35,157 bases of DNA from Phoronis australis (lineage: Eukaryota; Animalia; Phoronida): NCBI GenBank assembly GCA_002633005.1, contig NMRA01000123.1, positions 545,785 through 580,941 of the forward strand, given 5' to 3'. This document shows positions 1 through 12,273 of this stretch, in pieces (position 1 is the stretch's first letter; each line of letters starts with the position of its first letter). The notes below the pieces were generated by a model that was given only the letters and a program-made list of their open reading frames with translations, was not told the origin of the DNA and did no database searches. Both the position numbers and the translations under genes were made by a program.

Positions 1-944
1 TGGAAACCACAGTGCAGAGCTCAACATCAAAGCTTCAAATCGAGTTTATGTCAATAAAAACAGGCTGTTGCAATTTTCATTACTTCGTTGGCCTTTTTCT
101 GCATGTTTCTCAGTTTTTACAAAAGGGGGCAGCATATGACGACCTTAGGTGTGACAATAAAATGGCTGCCGAAGGCAGTGCACATTTGAAATAACTCGGC
201 ACAAATTAAAGAAAACTTCCGAATCGATGAATGCGGTATATCTGTGAGAGTTAAATCGAATCCTATTCAGATCATAACTTTGAAGTGGAATAATTCGGTG
301 AGTACAACAGCAAGTCGGTTTTATGCTTAGGCGGACGACCATTGGGTTCCCCAGTATACTATGGCTAAAACTAACCCGACAGCTCACGCGCGTTTGTCAA
401 GTAAGAAAGGCAAAGAGATACTTTGGAAGGCAAAACGCATCGCTGTCATCAGAATATATGTGAGAGGTATTTTTGTTGCGAAGTGAGCTATTTTCTACTA
501 AATATATCGTGGTGACAAGGCCAAAGGCAAGAAGGCCCGTGGCCGTGGTCTTGATGAGTGAGTTTAATACACTAACCTTGACGCTATGTGAAGCCAAGCA
601 TCTCGCTTGGAGCTTTGTGTGACAGAGGATGAAAATTTGGAAAATAAAACGTCATTGTGCTCGGCCACACCAGCAACCAAGCGAGATAGTTCCGCTACCG
701 AAAAGTTCGGCTTCCTTTTGTCCATGTCGTCTGCTGCAAAAGCGCTTCTTTCTCCACCTCCAAGCTTTGAAACTTCCACATCCGGTAAGCTACGTCAAAC
801 TTAAGACAAAACTTAAGTCAAAAACTTAAGACGAACTTAAGATCACTTTCTTGGAACGGACTTAAGACAAACTTAAGATTTGTCTTAAAATTGACTTAAG
901 TTAAAGATTTGTCTTAGCTAAGACAGTTTTCTTGGAACGGGCCC
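1..944 (-). mobile_element. One end of a PIF/Harbinger DNA transposon (probably continues beyond the window start)
   Basis: Terminus reads GGGCCCGTTCCAAGAAA on the minus strand, ending at 944. Dense subterminal CTTAAG repeats at ~798-925. Adjacent Myb/SANT-like ORF. Confidence 0.75.
577..725 (-). CDS. Myb/SANT-like (trihelix, NAIF1-type) DNA-binding protein of a Harbinger transposon, first exon
   Basis: MDKRKPNFSVAELSRLVAGVAEHNDVLFSKFSSSVTQSSKRDAWLHIAS fits the RKPNFS..E...LV..V......LF.......K...W..IA pattern. It ends at a plausible donor AG|GTTAGT; no downstream exon was found in the window. Confidence 0.75.
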
Positions 945-1533
945 AAGGTCCCAGCGGTCTTATCTCGATTTCGTATCCGGGTGTTTATTTGACAATTATA
1001 GAACTGTTGCTTTATGCGACTGGGGTACATTCAATCAATAAAAAATTGGAATTTTTATTCCAAAACACAGCAGTAGGCCAAATCACAATTTAACCGAGGT
1101 AGAGCCTACGTAGTTCTAACTGCGAAACACCACCACACGCAAGAGACTGTTCAAGTATCCGGGTACAGGGCGTTATCTTCTTCGACACTAATTATGCCTT
1201 AATGTAAAAGCAGTTCTTCCCGATAATATCGGCCCTTGAATTCCTGGTACTGCTATTGTAATTGTATCTGTCAGGTGCCGTACGCTAACTTATTTTTATG
1301 CGCGTATGCGTATTTAGATCGATCTCCGCTACGTTATCGGGTTTCATTTTACAAATCACACGCCATGGGACAAACGATTCATGAAAGGGACTGGGGCGAG
1401 TGGAAAAGGAGCAACTTTGAATAAAGATTAATAGGTTCACCCTCTGTTTTAGATTGTTTTAGATAGCTTCAAAATTCTTAACCTTGTTGCGAGAGCTAGC
1501 CCAAACATTTCGTGTAGACTACAAAGTAGGCTA

Positions 1534-1783
1534 CATGCGCGCACACAGCCTTTAATAGGGGGGGCTCGAATCTCTGACAAGGTGGAAGTTTTGATAACAA
1601 AAAGCGGGAGGACTAAAACAAAAAGAACGGGGTATCACTTTCAGGTCTGTGAACTGTGCTTCTGCGCCTTTTTAGTGGACTTCTGTCGGACTTTTTTCTC
1701 TGAGGCGGACCTTTTTACCCACTTCGCCAAATGGGAGGACTTGCTTGAGCCCAACCGAGCCCCCCATGGTTGCGCACACGGGC
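1534..1783. mobile_element. Possible old, degenerate MITE
   Basis: GGGGGGCTCG at ~1559-1568 is mirrored by CGAGCCCCCC at ~1756-1765, with weak outer inverted similarity; no TSD seen. Confidence 0.3.
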
Positions 1784-3254
1784 TAGTAAACAGAATGTTA
1801 TTAGGGAGATATAAATGTGTGTTTACAGCACGATCATTTTTAACGTATACTGCGCAACAAACTAGGGCGCATGGCATAGCGAAGTCAGGTGTGCTGAGAG
1901 GAAGGTAGGTGGGCCGCATGTTCAAAGAAAAAAACTGAAGCCGTGAACCCGGGATTCGACTTGGTAACACAACGGTCTCATCTCCGGTGCTTATTAATTA
2001 GCTGTTAATTCAAATACAAAGCGTGACATTGTGGCGCTTACGCGAAAGTCAGAGAACGTACATTCTACTTGCACAGTGAAAAACCACGATCAAGCATGGC
2101 AAATATTTTAAGTCCGTGATTGCAACTGCCAAGAAAACGTCGAGAAAACCATCCACATCGGTAACTACAGACTGCGATATCAGTCAATACATTACAGCGC
2201 TGCCGTTATAATCAACGCGTCCGAAATTTGAGAAATATGATGAATGCCAAATTCGACCGTGTCCCAAATTTCAGAATCAAAAAAGTCAGTTTGGTGTTGA
2301 ATTTAGATGTCAGAAATTCGGGAGAGTGTTCTAAATTCTGGAATTTTTACCGTACTTTGGAAAGTCTTGCACTGCAGCCAATGTAATGATTTATCCACTG
2401 AACACTTCAATGCTACGCAAAAGATATTTGTTTCCTTTTTATCTACATGTGTCAACAAGCCTTTATTTGCAAAAATCACATAAGTAGTTGGACTAACTAG
2501 TTTATAGCATTTTAAATGCCATTGCATCCTGAAGTTTTACTAAAGATCTGTACCGCATTAAAGTTCCAGTTAATATATAAAGATGTCAAATTTGGGATAT
2601 ACAGTGTATGCCTGAATGAATTTTCCACAGCAACTGTGAGGATCTATATTCTAAAATCTTTGCCTTGATACGCCGAAATCTGTTGAACCTTTGGCATTAT
2701 TTCACTGCGGTTCATTTCCTTTTTTATGTTACCATTACACTCTCTTATTTTTCGCTTTTTGTAAAATTCCTGTTTTTAGAATTGAAAAAATATTTTTAAA
2801 CCTGCCACGTATGCGAATGGATACTAATTCATGAATTAAATTACTGATCTTTTAATTCTGGTATAATTACACACCGCCTCAACTCATGAAGGGTTTTCTA
2901 TTGACATTGCTTTTATGCAGTTCAGTTGAAAGAACTTCAGAGTTGCGAAAAGTTTTATTGGCAATAAATTCTATAGCAAGAGTCACTTCTGGAACAAACA
3001 TTGGAATGCAAACAAGTGTAATGCATGCATGGCGCAACCTCGCCAACACGAGATCGAATTTGGCATTCCTTTGCTAGAGTTCTGTCGTTTAAACGATGCT
3101 TACTTTACCCACATTGTTCACCAGTTGTGTTTTGACTTTAAATCATGCGAATCTAGCTTGCGGACGAAGTTAATGACCATGAAGTTCAGGGTCGCTCACA
3201 TTTTTAAAGGGACGTTCTCGACGTGAAAGACAATTTTACAGAAACTGTCAATAG

Positions 3255-3310
3255 CATGGAATCGAACTCACGAGATTTGCAGTAGCAGGCTCTGCCTATG
3301 AGCCAAATCC
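3255..3310 (-). mobile_element. Possible degenerate tRNA-derived SINE head
   Basis: Minus strand has an A-box-like TGGCTCATAGG and a B-box-like GTTCGATTC; no complete cloverleaf. Confidence 0.3.
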
Positions 3311-4485
3311 CACACGTTAAATAGCCGAATATATTAAACGTATTTATATCGTGTAGAAGTCGGAATTGATTTCAGCGTGCGTGTGACAAACAACGACTAG
3401 AATTGTTATTAAGTAAAGAAATACAAAAAAACGCAGCATGTTTTGTATTAAAACTCCTGTCAAATCTACTAACCTCAAAATCTCTTGCAACAATGCGTTT
3501 TGTGTCTGCACAACTAATTAGGTTCCTATAATAGACCGTGAATATTCGAATATATAAGCTTACCATAGAATGCTTTATCGGGTTTTCTTTGACTATTTGC
3601 TGAAGACCTATGAGCATCATAAACAAATTCTCTCCTTAATTCCGTGGAAAATTGTTTTGTTGCTATTAGTCCGTGAACGAAAAACTGTTTACCTCAGTCC
3701 TTGTCCATCTTATATGTACGGAATAAACATGCATGCCGACGTAACCATTCGTTACCTCACGCGTCAAGAAACGTGTCTGAGACGTACGCAAACACAATTC
3801 AATAAATCTACGCAATTCACTTACTCTCCCGGTGTTAATACGACTGAGTGATTAAAAGAAACGTGTCGCTCGTGCAATTAACAAACATTCAATGCTCGTG
3901 ATTTCTAAGTGTTGTCTACACACTATACATATATGCGGGCTGAACTTGAATGGCTTCGCCGGTTCCGCGGGCTCAATCATGTATGACTTTATTTCCCTCA
4001 GTTTTTCACTCACATCGTTTCCGTTTTTGTGACAAGGACAACCCTTATTTCCTGCAGTGTCTTTTTATATATGGCATTTCCTGGTAACGTGTTTGACCAC
4101 TGAGCCTTTATACAAATAAAACAAAGTTGAAAACTTTCCATGCAGTTTACTTCTAGACTTGGCGCAAAGCTGTATACTAAATATACAGCTTTGCGCCGAT
4201 GTGGGTAAAAGAATGACCAGATAAAATATGACACAAAATTAGTGTCATTAAAATTAACACACTTATTTTAGTAAATAAGATTATTCTCTGGTATTGGAAA
4301 ATTGGCTTTCTACCGCTATTCTGCTGCTTAAGTTGTGGGGCGATCTTCTGGGTCGGCTTTCGGCGACATCATAGACTATAGTAAGTGGACCGCCAACTCC
4401 GTATGCTTTCAATGGACGAAATCTGTGCTTTTTCGCACAAGCCGTTACGTCATTATTCACTAGCGTCACCTGGCCAAATTTTCTG

Positions 4486-4636
4486 CCTCGCGTTCAGTAA
4501 CGCTAGGACCTCGCCAAAAAGCAAGACTTCGCGAGATTACGTGAGATATTGTAGTGTATTTTAAACGAGAGCACGTGACTTTGACTAGGTTTTAGCTAGG
4601 TCCTAGCGTAGGTCCTGGCGTATACTGAACGCACGC
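4486..4636. mobile_element. ~150-bp Tourist/Harbinger-type MITE, copy 1
   Basis: Imperfect TIR (GCGTTCAGTAACGCTAGGACCT / AGGTCCTGGCGTATACTGAACGC); CTG TSD on both sides; closely related copies at 10444 and 14815. Confidence 0.85.
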
Positions 4637-4673
4637 CTGGTGTTATTTCCGGCAAGTACGTCGTCTGCTAATC

Positions 4674-4790
4674 ATGGTCGGTTGCTGTGTGGTCGGGTGT
4701 TCGGCCAGACAGGCGAAATGCAAAGGAGTTAGCAGCCATAGCGTACGGAGACCCATAATCGGCAGTGGGAGAAAAAACTTTCAAAAGCTA
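4674..4790 (+). pseudogene. Frameshifted THAP-domain-like remnant
   Basis: ATG at 4674 gives MVGCCVVGCSARQAKCKGVSSHS, then RQWEKKL in a shifted frame. This is the typical THAP start (M..CCV.GC...GVS.H..P....R.W). Confidence 0.45.
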
Positions 4791-5533
4791 GTGATTCACG
4801 AACTCCTGTACTTACGAGGAACTTCAGCCATATCCTAGTGTTCGAATTAACCAAACTGGTCATCTTCGCTGGCCCTAATCCGGCGGTTACTATCTCAACA
4901 GAATGCACACATTTTGTCGGAATTTGGATCACCCGTGACCGACTTAGCCGATTTATAAATCCGTGTGCAAATAAACTGAATGCTGGTAAAACCTTTAACA
5001 CAAATGAAAATCACATCAAAAGTCCAGAAATAACCAATTTGCCTTCCCGAAATCTATCTCGCAATTCAACAGCAGGTTACACACTTCATTTCATTTCCAA
5101 TATATGCCGCACAAAATATCTAGACCATCTTACTCAAGAACATTGCAGTCTATGAAAATACAACCAGCTTCTTTTCAAACATGGAACAGGAACACCAGAA
5201 GGGGGTGAAGGTTGCTTTTATTCTTTAATGTTAAATGTAATTTTTTGTAAGCGGACAAATGATTTTTAAATTTCCGCCTTAAGTCCTAACATTTCCAAAC
5301 TTAACCCTTTCAAACGAACGTTTACCACGAAAACGAAATTCTTCAACCAGTTTTGTAAAGTCCTATGCCACCTCTAGGGTACATAATGAACCAATCCCAC
5401 TCCTAATTTAAGAAATGGGTCCCCGTGTATCATTGTCCTTCTGAAATATTACCATATTCTCCCTAATGAGCGGCAAGGGCGTTTTGACAAATTCGCTTTA
5501 GGAAGGGGCCGCTTATTAAGTGGTTGAAACCTG

Positions 5534-6942
5534 GGCCCGGTCTCCAATCTCCGTACTCAGACTCGAATCATGCTCAAACTCACACTTCATACTCAACTCG
5601 AGTTCAGACTCAGCTTTGGTGTATTCAATGTCATACTCGAAAAATCTGTACTCGAAATTTCGAGCACGTACTCAGTTTTCGAGTGTACTCGAACTGAAGT
5701 GTATCTCATCTATATTTCGAGTTCGATTTTGAGTAAAAATTCCGAGTCTATGCTCAAATTTCAAGTTTGGTATGGCAGTGTGCTTGAAATCGTACTCGAA
5801 AATAAATACAAGCCAGAGAACAAAATATCGAAAGGGAACCAAGAAACACAGCAAATCTAAAAAAAATAAGTCCTCTTACCGTATCTCAGCACTTCAGTTT
5901 CAGTTCAGAGATAATAGTTTTCATCTTAAATCTTCTTATTCTTCACCTTATTAACTCGCCGTTTCACTGTACGTTATGGCCGCCATTCTACCTCTACAAT
6001 TCCTGGCAACAGGCGCATTGTAATCCCTTGTCGGCGAGTCATAACAAGCGTCAAAAGCAGTTGTGGGAAAAGTCGTGTGAGAAGTTTGTGCTGCCCATAT
6101 TTCGGTATGTGTGCCTACGATTTGTAGGGTTTCCAAAAGACGAGGAGGGGAGGGAAGTTAAAAAAGTCGCTTCCCTGTCAGGTACATTTCTCATCATAAC
6201 TTAGCCATCTACATGTATAATTCCTCAATCCCCAAATGGAATTCCAGATTTTGTTTGCCGATTTCTAAATAGATGTCTCGTCCCGTTCACTGCCACTGGT
6301 AAACTCTGAATGCCTGCACAAGTACATGTATTGTTTTTTAACTCACATGCCAAATGTCAACTCACTTGATACATCCCGGTAAAATACTGTACAAAGATAC
6401 AGTATCAAAGTTTGACATCAGCGTAGGCGTACACAGCAATGGGTTTTATGTCAAGACTAAATTAGCAACAGAGATGTGATGTGATAAGCTGTTACATATT
6501 TCCTAAGACATTTTCTGGACTGGGTGAGGAACTCAAGAAGTAAAGCTTAATAATGGCCAAATGTATCAAAGAAATGGCACAAGAATATTTATTGAAACTA
6601 AAAAATGAATTACAGTTACAGAACACTCAGAATTCCACGTTATAGACATACTCTTGTAGTTGTAGCGACAGCAGACGATAAAGTAGGCCTAGTTCTTGGG
6701 GTGGTCTATTCCAATAGGGAGCGATGAATCAGCGCGGCTTTGCGTGATTTTGCATTTCACATCATAAAGAGGTCCATAGCAACTCGAGTATGAGTGTAAG
6801 ATTTGAGTACGGTTGGAGTCTACTCGAAATACGACATTAGATACGCTTTTTTGAATACGACTCCAGTGAGCACGATTTTGAGTATGAAATCTCGGGTATG
6901 AGTACATGTATGAGTCTGAGTACGGAGATTGGAGACCGGGCC
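5534..6942. mobile_element. Non-autonomous PIF/Harbinger-like element (~1.4 kb)
   Basis: Perfect 31-bp TIR GGCCCGGTCTCCAATCTCCGTACTCAGACTC. Subterminal arrays of TACTCG/CGAGTA at both ends. CTG/CAG flanks inside a palindrome. No intact transposase. Confidence 0.85.
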
Positions 6943-8093
6943 CAGGTTTCAAGCTCCTCAGCTCGGTTTAACTATATATTAATAAACCAGAAAAATGGTT
7001 CCAAGTGATCAGTGCACTGGGCCAACATGTGCAGCATGCGCACGTCTAGTAAAACGTGTATCAGACCGCCTGCAATTATTTTTATGCAGTTCCTGACTTA
7101 AACAAGGGCTTCGTTTTTTTTGAATTTTGGTCCGTTATAAATACCGCCACAGACCTGGAGGTCCAGCGAAACACTTCTACCTTACAAATGTGACAATCCC
7201 TAGTCTCAGAAAATTTGAGCATCCGGCAAAAGGTACTGATGATGAAATTCCGGTGATGATAATCACCCACTTTGCTTATTTACTTCACCTACACAATTTG
7301 AAATAGTTGGTAAAATGAACCCCATTCAATTAAGCACCATTTGGGTCCCTATGCCAACCCAATATATGGTACAATCCAACAAGCTCACGTTAAGGTCAAA
7401 TGAGGATGGGCATAAATAAGGAAATTTACTTTATCAACAGATTGGCCAAATAAGAATAAGATACGAAGTGTTGCTATAGTGCACACGTGCACGATACTTG
7501 GTCTATAATTTTCCCGCCGTAAGTGCATGAACCAGATCACCAATGGCACAAAGTTTTCGTAAAAGCTACATTCTTAGGGAGTCCTGTTACTGCTCTATTT
7601 ATTTTCAAAAATGTATTGCGTTACATTTAATTTATTTTTTGTTCAACTCAATAATGTCACTTAATATAAATGCTTTCAACACGATTAATGCATTGTAAAA
7701 ACCATAAGTTATGCTCTATCAACATTAGACAAAATCAGTACACCCCTTTCTTAAAACATGCATTAAAAGTTAGAAACAAGGACAAAAGTTTCCATCACTT
7801 GTAACGTCGATTTCGGCATTAATGTTGGGGAGGAACATCAGTCTGGCGGCAGCAACGCGGAATTGTACGAAGGCGATGGTTTCGAAATTTGGTTCGTTTT
7901 TGTTGTATGTCTTTTTTCCCTACGGTTCAGGATAACTTGTGAATCCAGGGAGAAGAACTGAAAGAGGCATGGCTGGTGATAACGTTGGAGAACGGTAACA
8001 TTTATATAAGGTGTGACAACTGTCATCGATATTATCATCTGTGTTTCCATCCAACCTTTCGTGATGAAAACTTGAATGAAGAGAACCTTCAGT

Positions 8094-8806
8094 CAGTGGC
8101 GGATCTACGTTTTCAGTAAGGGGGGTTTAGGATTCCCGCAAAGGTCGAATCCGAGGCGCGTGGCGCCGAGCGGGCGGGGGGGGAGGTCGGGGGCTGGGGG
8201 TTGTGTAAGACAACTTTTTGTTTTTGNNNNNNNNNNNNNNNNNNNNNNNNNNNNNNNNNNNNNNNNNNNNNNNNNNNNNNNNNNNNNNNNNNNNNNNNNN
8301 NNNNNNNNNNNNNNNNNNNNNNNNNNNNNNNNNNNNNNNNNNNNNNNNNNNNNNNNNNNNNNNNNNNNNNNNNNNNNNNNNNNNNNNNNNNNNNNNNNNN
8401 NNNNNNNNNNNNNNNNNNNNNNNNNNNNNNNNNNNNNNNNNNNNNNNNNNNNNNNNNNNNNNNNNNNNNNNNNNNNNNNNNNNNNNNNNNNNNNNNNNNN
8501 NNNNNNNNNNNNNNNNNNNNNNNNNNNNNNNNNNNNNNNNNNNNNNNNNNNNNNNNNNNNNNNNNNNNNNNNNNNNNNNNNNNNNNNNNNNNNNNNNNNN
8601 NNNNNNNNNNNNNNNNNNNNNNNNNNNNNNNNNNNNNNNNNNNNNNNNNNNNNNNNNNNNNNNNNNNNNNNNNNNNNNNNNNNNNNNNNNNNNNNNNNNN
8701 NNNNNNNNNNNNNNNNNNNNNNNNNNNNNNNNNNNNNNNNNNNNNNNNNNNNNNNNNNNNNNNNNNNNNNNNNNNNNNNNNNNNCCCCCCCGTAGATCCG
8801 CCACTG
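8094..8806. mobile_element. TIR element with 5-bp TSD (hAT5-like), spanning the assembly gap
   Basis: Perfect 16-bp TIR CAGTGGCGGATCTACG / CGTAGATCCGCCACTG; TCAGT direct repeat on both sides. Confidence 0.8.
8227..8784. other. Assembly gap (558 N)
   Basis: Run of N inside a G/C-homopolymer-rich MITE. Confidence 1.
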
Positions 8807-10443
8807 TCAGTAATTGAATGAGCACAGTATACTGTGATATCTATGTTGAACTATTCAACGGTTCTAGTAAGAACCATTTCACGCTATACCTAAGGCTGAT
8901 GCACAGTACAACCAACGTCCCTTTTTAGGGCCACTTAACACTTCCCAGAAGAATTGCTCAATTGAGAATGTTGAATTATAAACATACAAAGGTTAGACCA
9001 GTGAAATCGTTGTAGAGGCGCATTTTTTAATCCGAACAAAATTCTAAAACAAAAAAGTTAAATAAGTATCATTTGCATTAACCCGGTACTCCTTAGATTT
9101 TGTGCACAGATATGTTTTCGTAGTTTTCTCAGAAAGTGAACCATGAATTACAAACTGTCCGATAACTATGGCGCTATTGTTCAAGCAGACGACATAATCA
9201 GTCGGCACATAAGTTTAAATTTTGTAATTAATTACTAGTAACATTGCCAAAAGTACTCACAATACCAACAGTTCTACTCTTAGGGGACTTTGAACACCGT
9301 TTCAATGTTTTACTGAACAATAAAGTAGATGCGAGAATTTCCCTTCAAAATACACTAACCGGAAACTGCACCAGATAATTCAGGAGAGTGGCACCTCCTC
9401 TTGGATAGCACGGGAAAAAACGTAGGAGTTGCGAATCTCTTGTCTATAATCTGTGGCGACATGAAATATTGCTTCACCTATTGGCCAGTTTTTTTTTTCG
9501 CCGATTCTTCAATCAGCTGTTGTTCTTTCACGAGGTTACGTACACGCCGCAACAGATTATCGGAACTGGTTTCACTTCATTATAAGTTTTTAGAATTTTG
9601 ATACCGAAAAATCGGATTTCAGAAGAAATTTCACTGCTGCCAAGTTATCATCTTCCGAGAGATGTCGCAAAAATTAGGAAATGGCGGGTGCGCGCGTCAC
9701 GAGCGTACTGTTTTCGAAACGACGACATAACTTTTCTTTGTTAGAAAAGGCGGAGGATTACGCAAAAAATGACGTTCATTTGATTGTTTTTCACTTACGG
9801 CTGTAACGGGAAAGGTGGACGCCGGTTGATTCCCAGATTTTGAATGTACCCTGTCCGGTCTTTAGCTTTAATGTTGATACAAGTTTCACGACGAGGTAAT
9901 TTGCAGAACTATCCTGGCTGTGTGCAATTTCGGGTTCAATGGAAGATTAAAACACAGTGGTACATGTACCTAGCTGTATTTTGACGATAGTCTTCATACA
10001 GCTAGCTGGCTGGCTGAGTTTATTTCCCTATTATATAGTACAATAAAACTTGGCGTACATGTAGCACTGAATATAAAACAACAGAAGGAACACCAATGTT
10101 TGCACGAATTCCGTTAATGCGTTAAAAAATTATGGATCGAAATTTGGGACCTAACTGGGACTGTTTCACACGACCGGTCACACGTGGGTAACAGCTTGAC
10201 GTGGCAAGTGAGCCCAATTTTAGATTTTGAAAAGACATTTTTACGTTCATCCCTTTTTGCTGCGAGGAAGGACGAGCTCGAGTCGACTGTACTTTCGACG
10301 GTTGCGTAATTTTTAGTGTTCTAAAATCTAAGAATACCAATCACCGTTCTGCCACCAACAAATGCGTCACTGGCGTCAAACTTGAATGGGTTCAACAAAA
10401 AACTCATACAATCTGTATCACAGCTAAAACATTGCGGGTCCCG

Positions 10444-10597
10444 CCTCCCGTTCAGTAACGCTAGGACCTCGCTAAAAAGCAAGACTTCGCGAGATTACGT
10501 GAGATATTGCCGTGCATTATTATAAGTGAGAGCACGTGACTTTGACTAAGTTTTAGCTAGGTCCTAGCGTAGGTCCTAGCGTCTACTGAACGCACGC
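10444..10597. mobile_element. ~150-bp Tourist/Harbinger-type MITE, copy 2
   Basis: Same family as 4486-4636; flanks CCG/CTG. Confidence 0.85.
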
Positions 10598-11935
10598 CTG
10601 GTTCGTCTAAAGCGTAAGTCACACTATCACGTCTGTAAGACTTCGAAAGATTTTTTCAATTTGTGCTCAAAAGTTTGAGGGTTGTCTGCTCTACAGAGCA
10701 TTGACGTGTACTTTGTTTCGGAGAACTACATTGGAAAGAAGTTTTTAATTTTTCTAATAAGCAAATACCGGGTTTGGTTTCTTTCATAAACTGAGATGCA
10801 GCGCGAACTTCATAAAGCACTTTGAAGTGCATTAGGAAGAGACAGAAATGTAGGTGACAGTTTAACCTTATGCCCTATTGTTTTGAAGTTTTAGATCGAT
10901 TGTGATTTGTTTGGAACTGGAGCTAGATTAGATTTGCGAGATTACACTGTTTTTATTTTGGTTGTTTCTATTTTCAGTACTGAGACAAATTTACCGTAGG
11001 CAAAAGTAGGTGGTCTTAAGATCACGGCTAACAAATATTTATTATAAACAGTGCCGTTGTTACCCATGTTTCCCGGAATGCGACCAACATGAGCAAACTC
11101 ATTCCGAGGTGTTCATCTAGCTCGTGTAAGAGTAAACATCACACTTAATAAGCTTTCCCAAGAAATTACAACCCTACATTCCTTTATCATTAATTCTTGC
11201 CTGAGCAACTATAGTCAGCATTTTTTAATCTTTTTACAAGTTCGAGCACATTATAGAACTTTCTGGAATCTATCCAATCATTCACAAATATGCACTAGAC
11301 ATTAGAATGTATCGAATCAAGATTTTGCTTCAGTTTAGGACGCTGGAACCTGGTTTGAATTATTCCATTGTAAGCAGCTGATGCTCCATTCTTTCAGTCA
11401 TTAGCTAGCCAGCTAAAATGATGCACACAGGTTATGAACATTAGAGTCGCTTCTAATGTTTGAAAAACCTAGTTTGAACGAGCAGCTGACTGGAACTCGA
11501 AGGACTCTATCATTATTTAGGTGATTTGTAGATTAATATGCACAGCAACGTATGTATATTTATCCCATACCCGTTGAATCTGTCGAGGAAAATACGGCCA
11601 TGTAATAATGTTTTCCCTATTCAGCTCTCGCACTACTTCAACAGTGACCTCTGACATTGAAGGTTCAAAAGGTAGTCAATGTCGACTCGACGTCGTTATC
11701 CGGTTAGATCATCAAACTTTCGGAAAATAGCTTAAAGTAATACAATTGTAGCCGTGTAAATACCACTCAATATGCAACCAGGTCTCAATCGTAACATTTG
11801 GAACAGGACTCAGCCGTTAATTATACGACAGTTCTGTCTCAGTTTTCCATTGCTAAGATATATCGTCTGCAAATCAGGCACCGATTCCTCGCCAATATCA
11901 AACTTTGTTGTCACTGGCCATGACAGCACCCGATA

Positions 11936-12109
11936 CTATTGGCGACAGTATTACACGAGCAGCAACGACGACCGTACAGTGTATACTAAATATACGGCAG
12001 TCTGTTGATTCAGCTAGCTGACTCGCTACGGATTCTGTAGCTTGGATAGGTCCACGCAGTGTTGCTGGGACGGTCGTCGTTGCTGCTTGTGTAATACTGT
12101 CGCCGATAG
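11936..12109. repeat. 40-bp inverted repeat (38/40) with a 94-bp spacer, just 3' of the GALM-like gene
   Basis: CTATTGGCGACAGTATTACACGAGCAGCAACGACGACCGT (11936-11975) versus the reverse complement of 12070-12109. Confidence 0.85.
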
Positions 12110-12152
12110 ACATTATTCTCAGTTTATATAAACACCAGTCAACATAGCACAA

Positions 12153-12158
12153 TTTATT
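12153..12158 (-). promoter_or_regulatory. Candidate polyadenylation signal AATAAA
   Basis: TTTATT on the + strand, about 38 nt past the stop codon. The hexamer is common in AT-rich DNA. Confidence 0.35.
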
Positions 12159-12195
12159 GTAAAAACGAAAGCACTTCATTCGCTGCACAATGCTG

Positions 12196-12273
12196 CTACT
12201 TTAACGAGAATTTGTAAACTGATCTGTGTTGGTAAGTCGAGTGAGGTCGAAGGACACCATCCGGAAAGAGTGG
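12196..12273 (-). CDS. GALM-like: Exon 9 (terminal): PLFPDGVLRPHSTYQHRSVYKFSLK*
   Basis: Acceptor gtctttcag|, phase 0, TAG at 12198-12196. Aligns to the GALM C-terminus PRFPPVLLRPGEEYDHTTWFKFS. Confidence 0.9.
   Translation of the reverse strand, partial: PLFPDGVLRPHSTYQHRSVYKFSLK

Noticed and set aside
1935-2005. tRNA-like B-box on the minus strand
   Set aside because: No cloverleaf and a poor A-box; at most a decayed SINE.
2886-3077. 63-aa ORF with a signal-peptide-like start
   Set aside because: No homology or splice support; expected by chance.
5980-6070. QLLLTLVMTRRQGIT, weakly like a transposase helix-turn-helix segment
   Set aside because: Too short and no DDE motifs nearby.
8076-8825. 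Four 199-239 aa ORFs
   Set aside because: Artefacts of translating the N gap.
7838-9920. Minus-strand exon-like segments with plausible splice sites (~9800-9917, ~9261-9312, ~7838-7957)
   Set aside because: Phases do not join into one ORF and no homology was recognised; could be non-coding exons, needs RNA-seq.
11730-11810. Alternative last exon candidate (LRLRPG...)
   Set aside because: Poor acceptor; 12196-12273 fits the GALM C-terminus and the phase far better.
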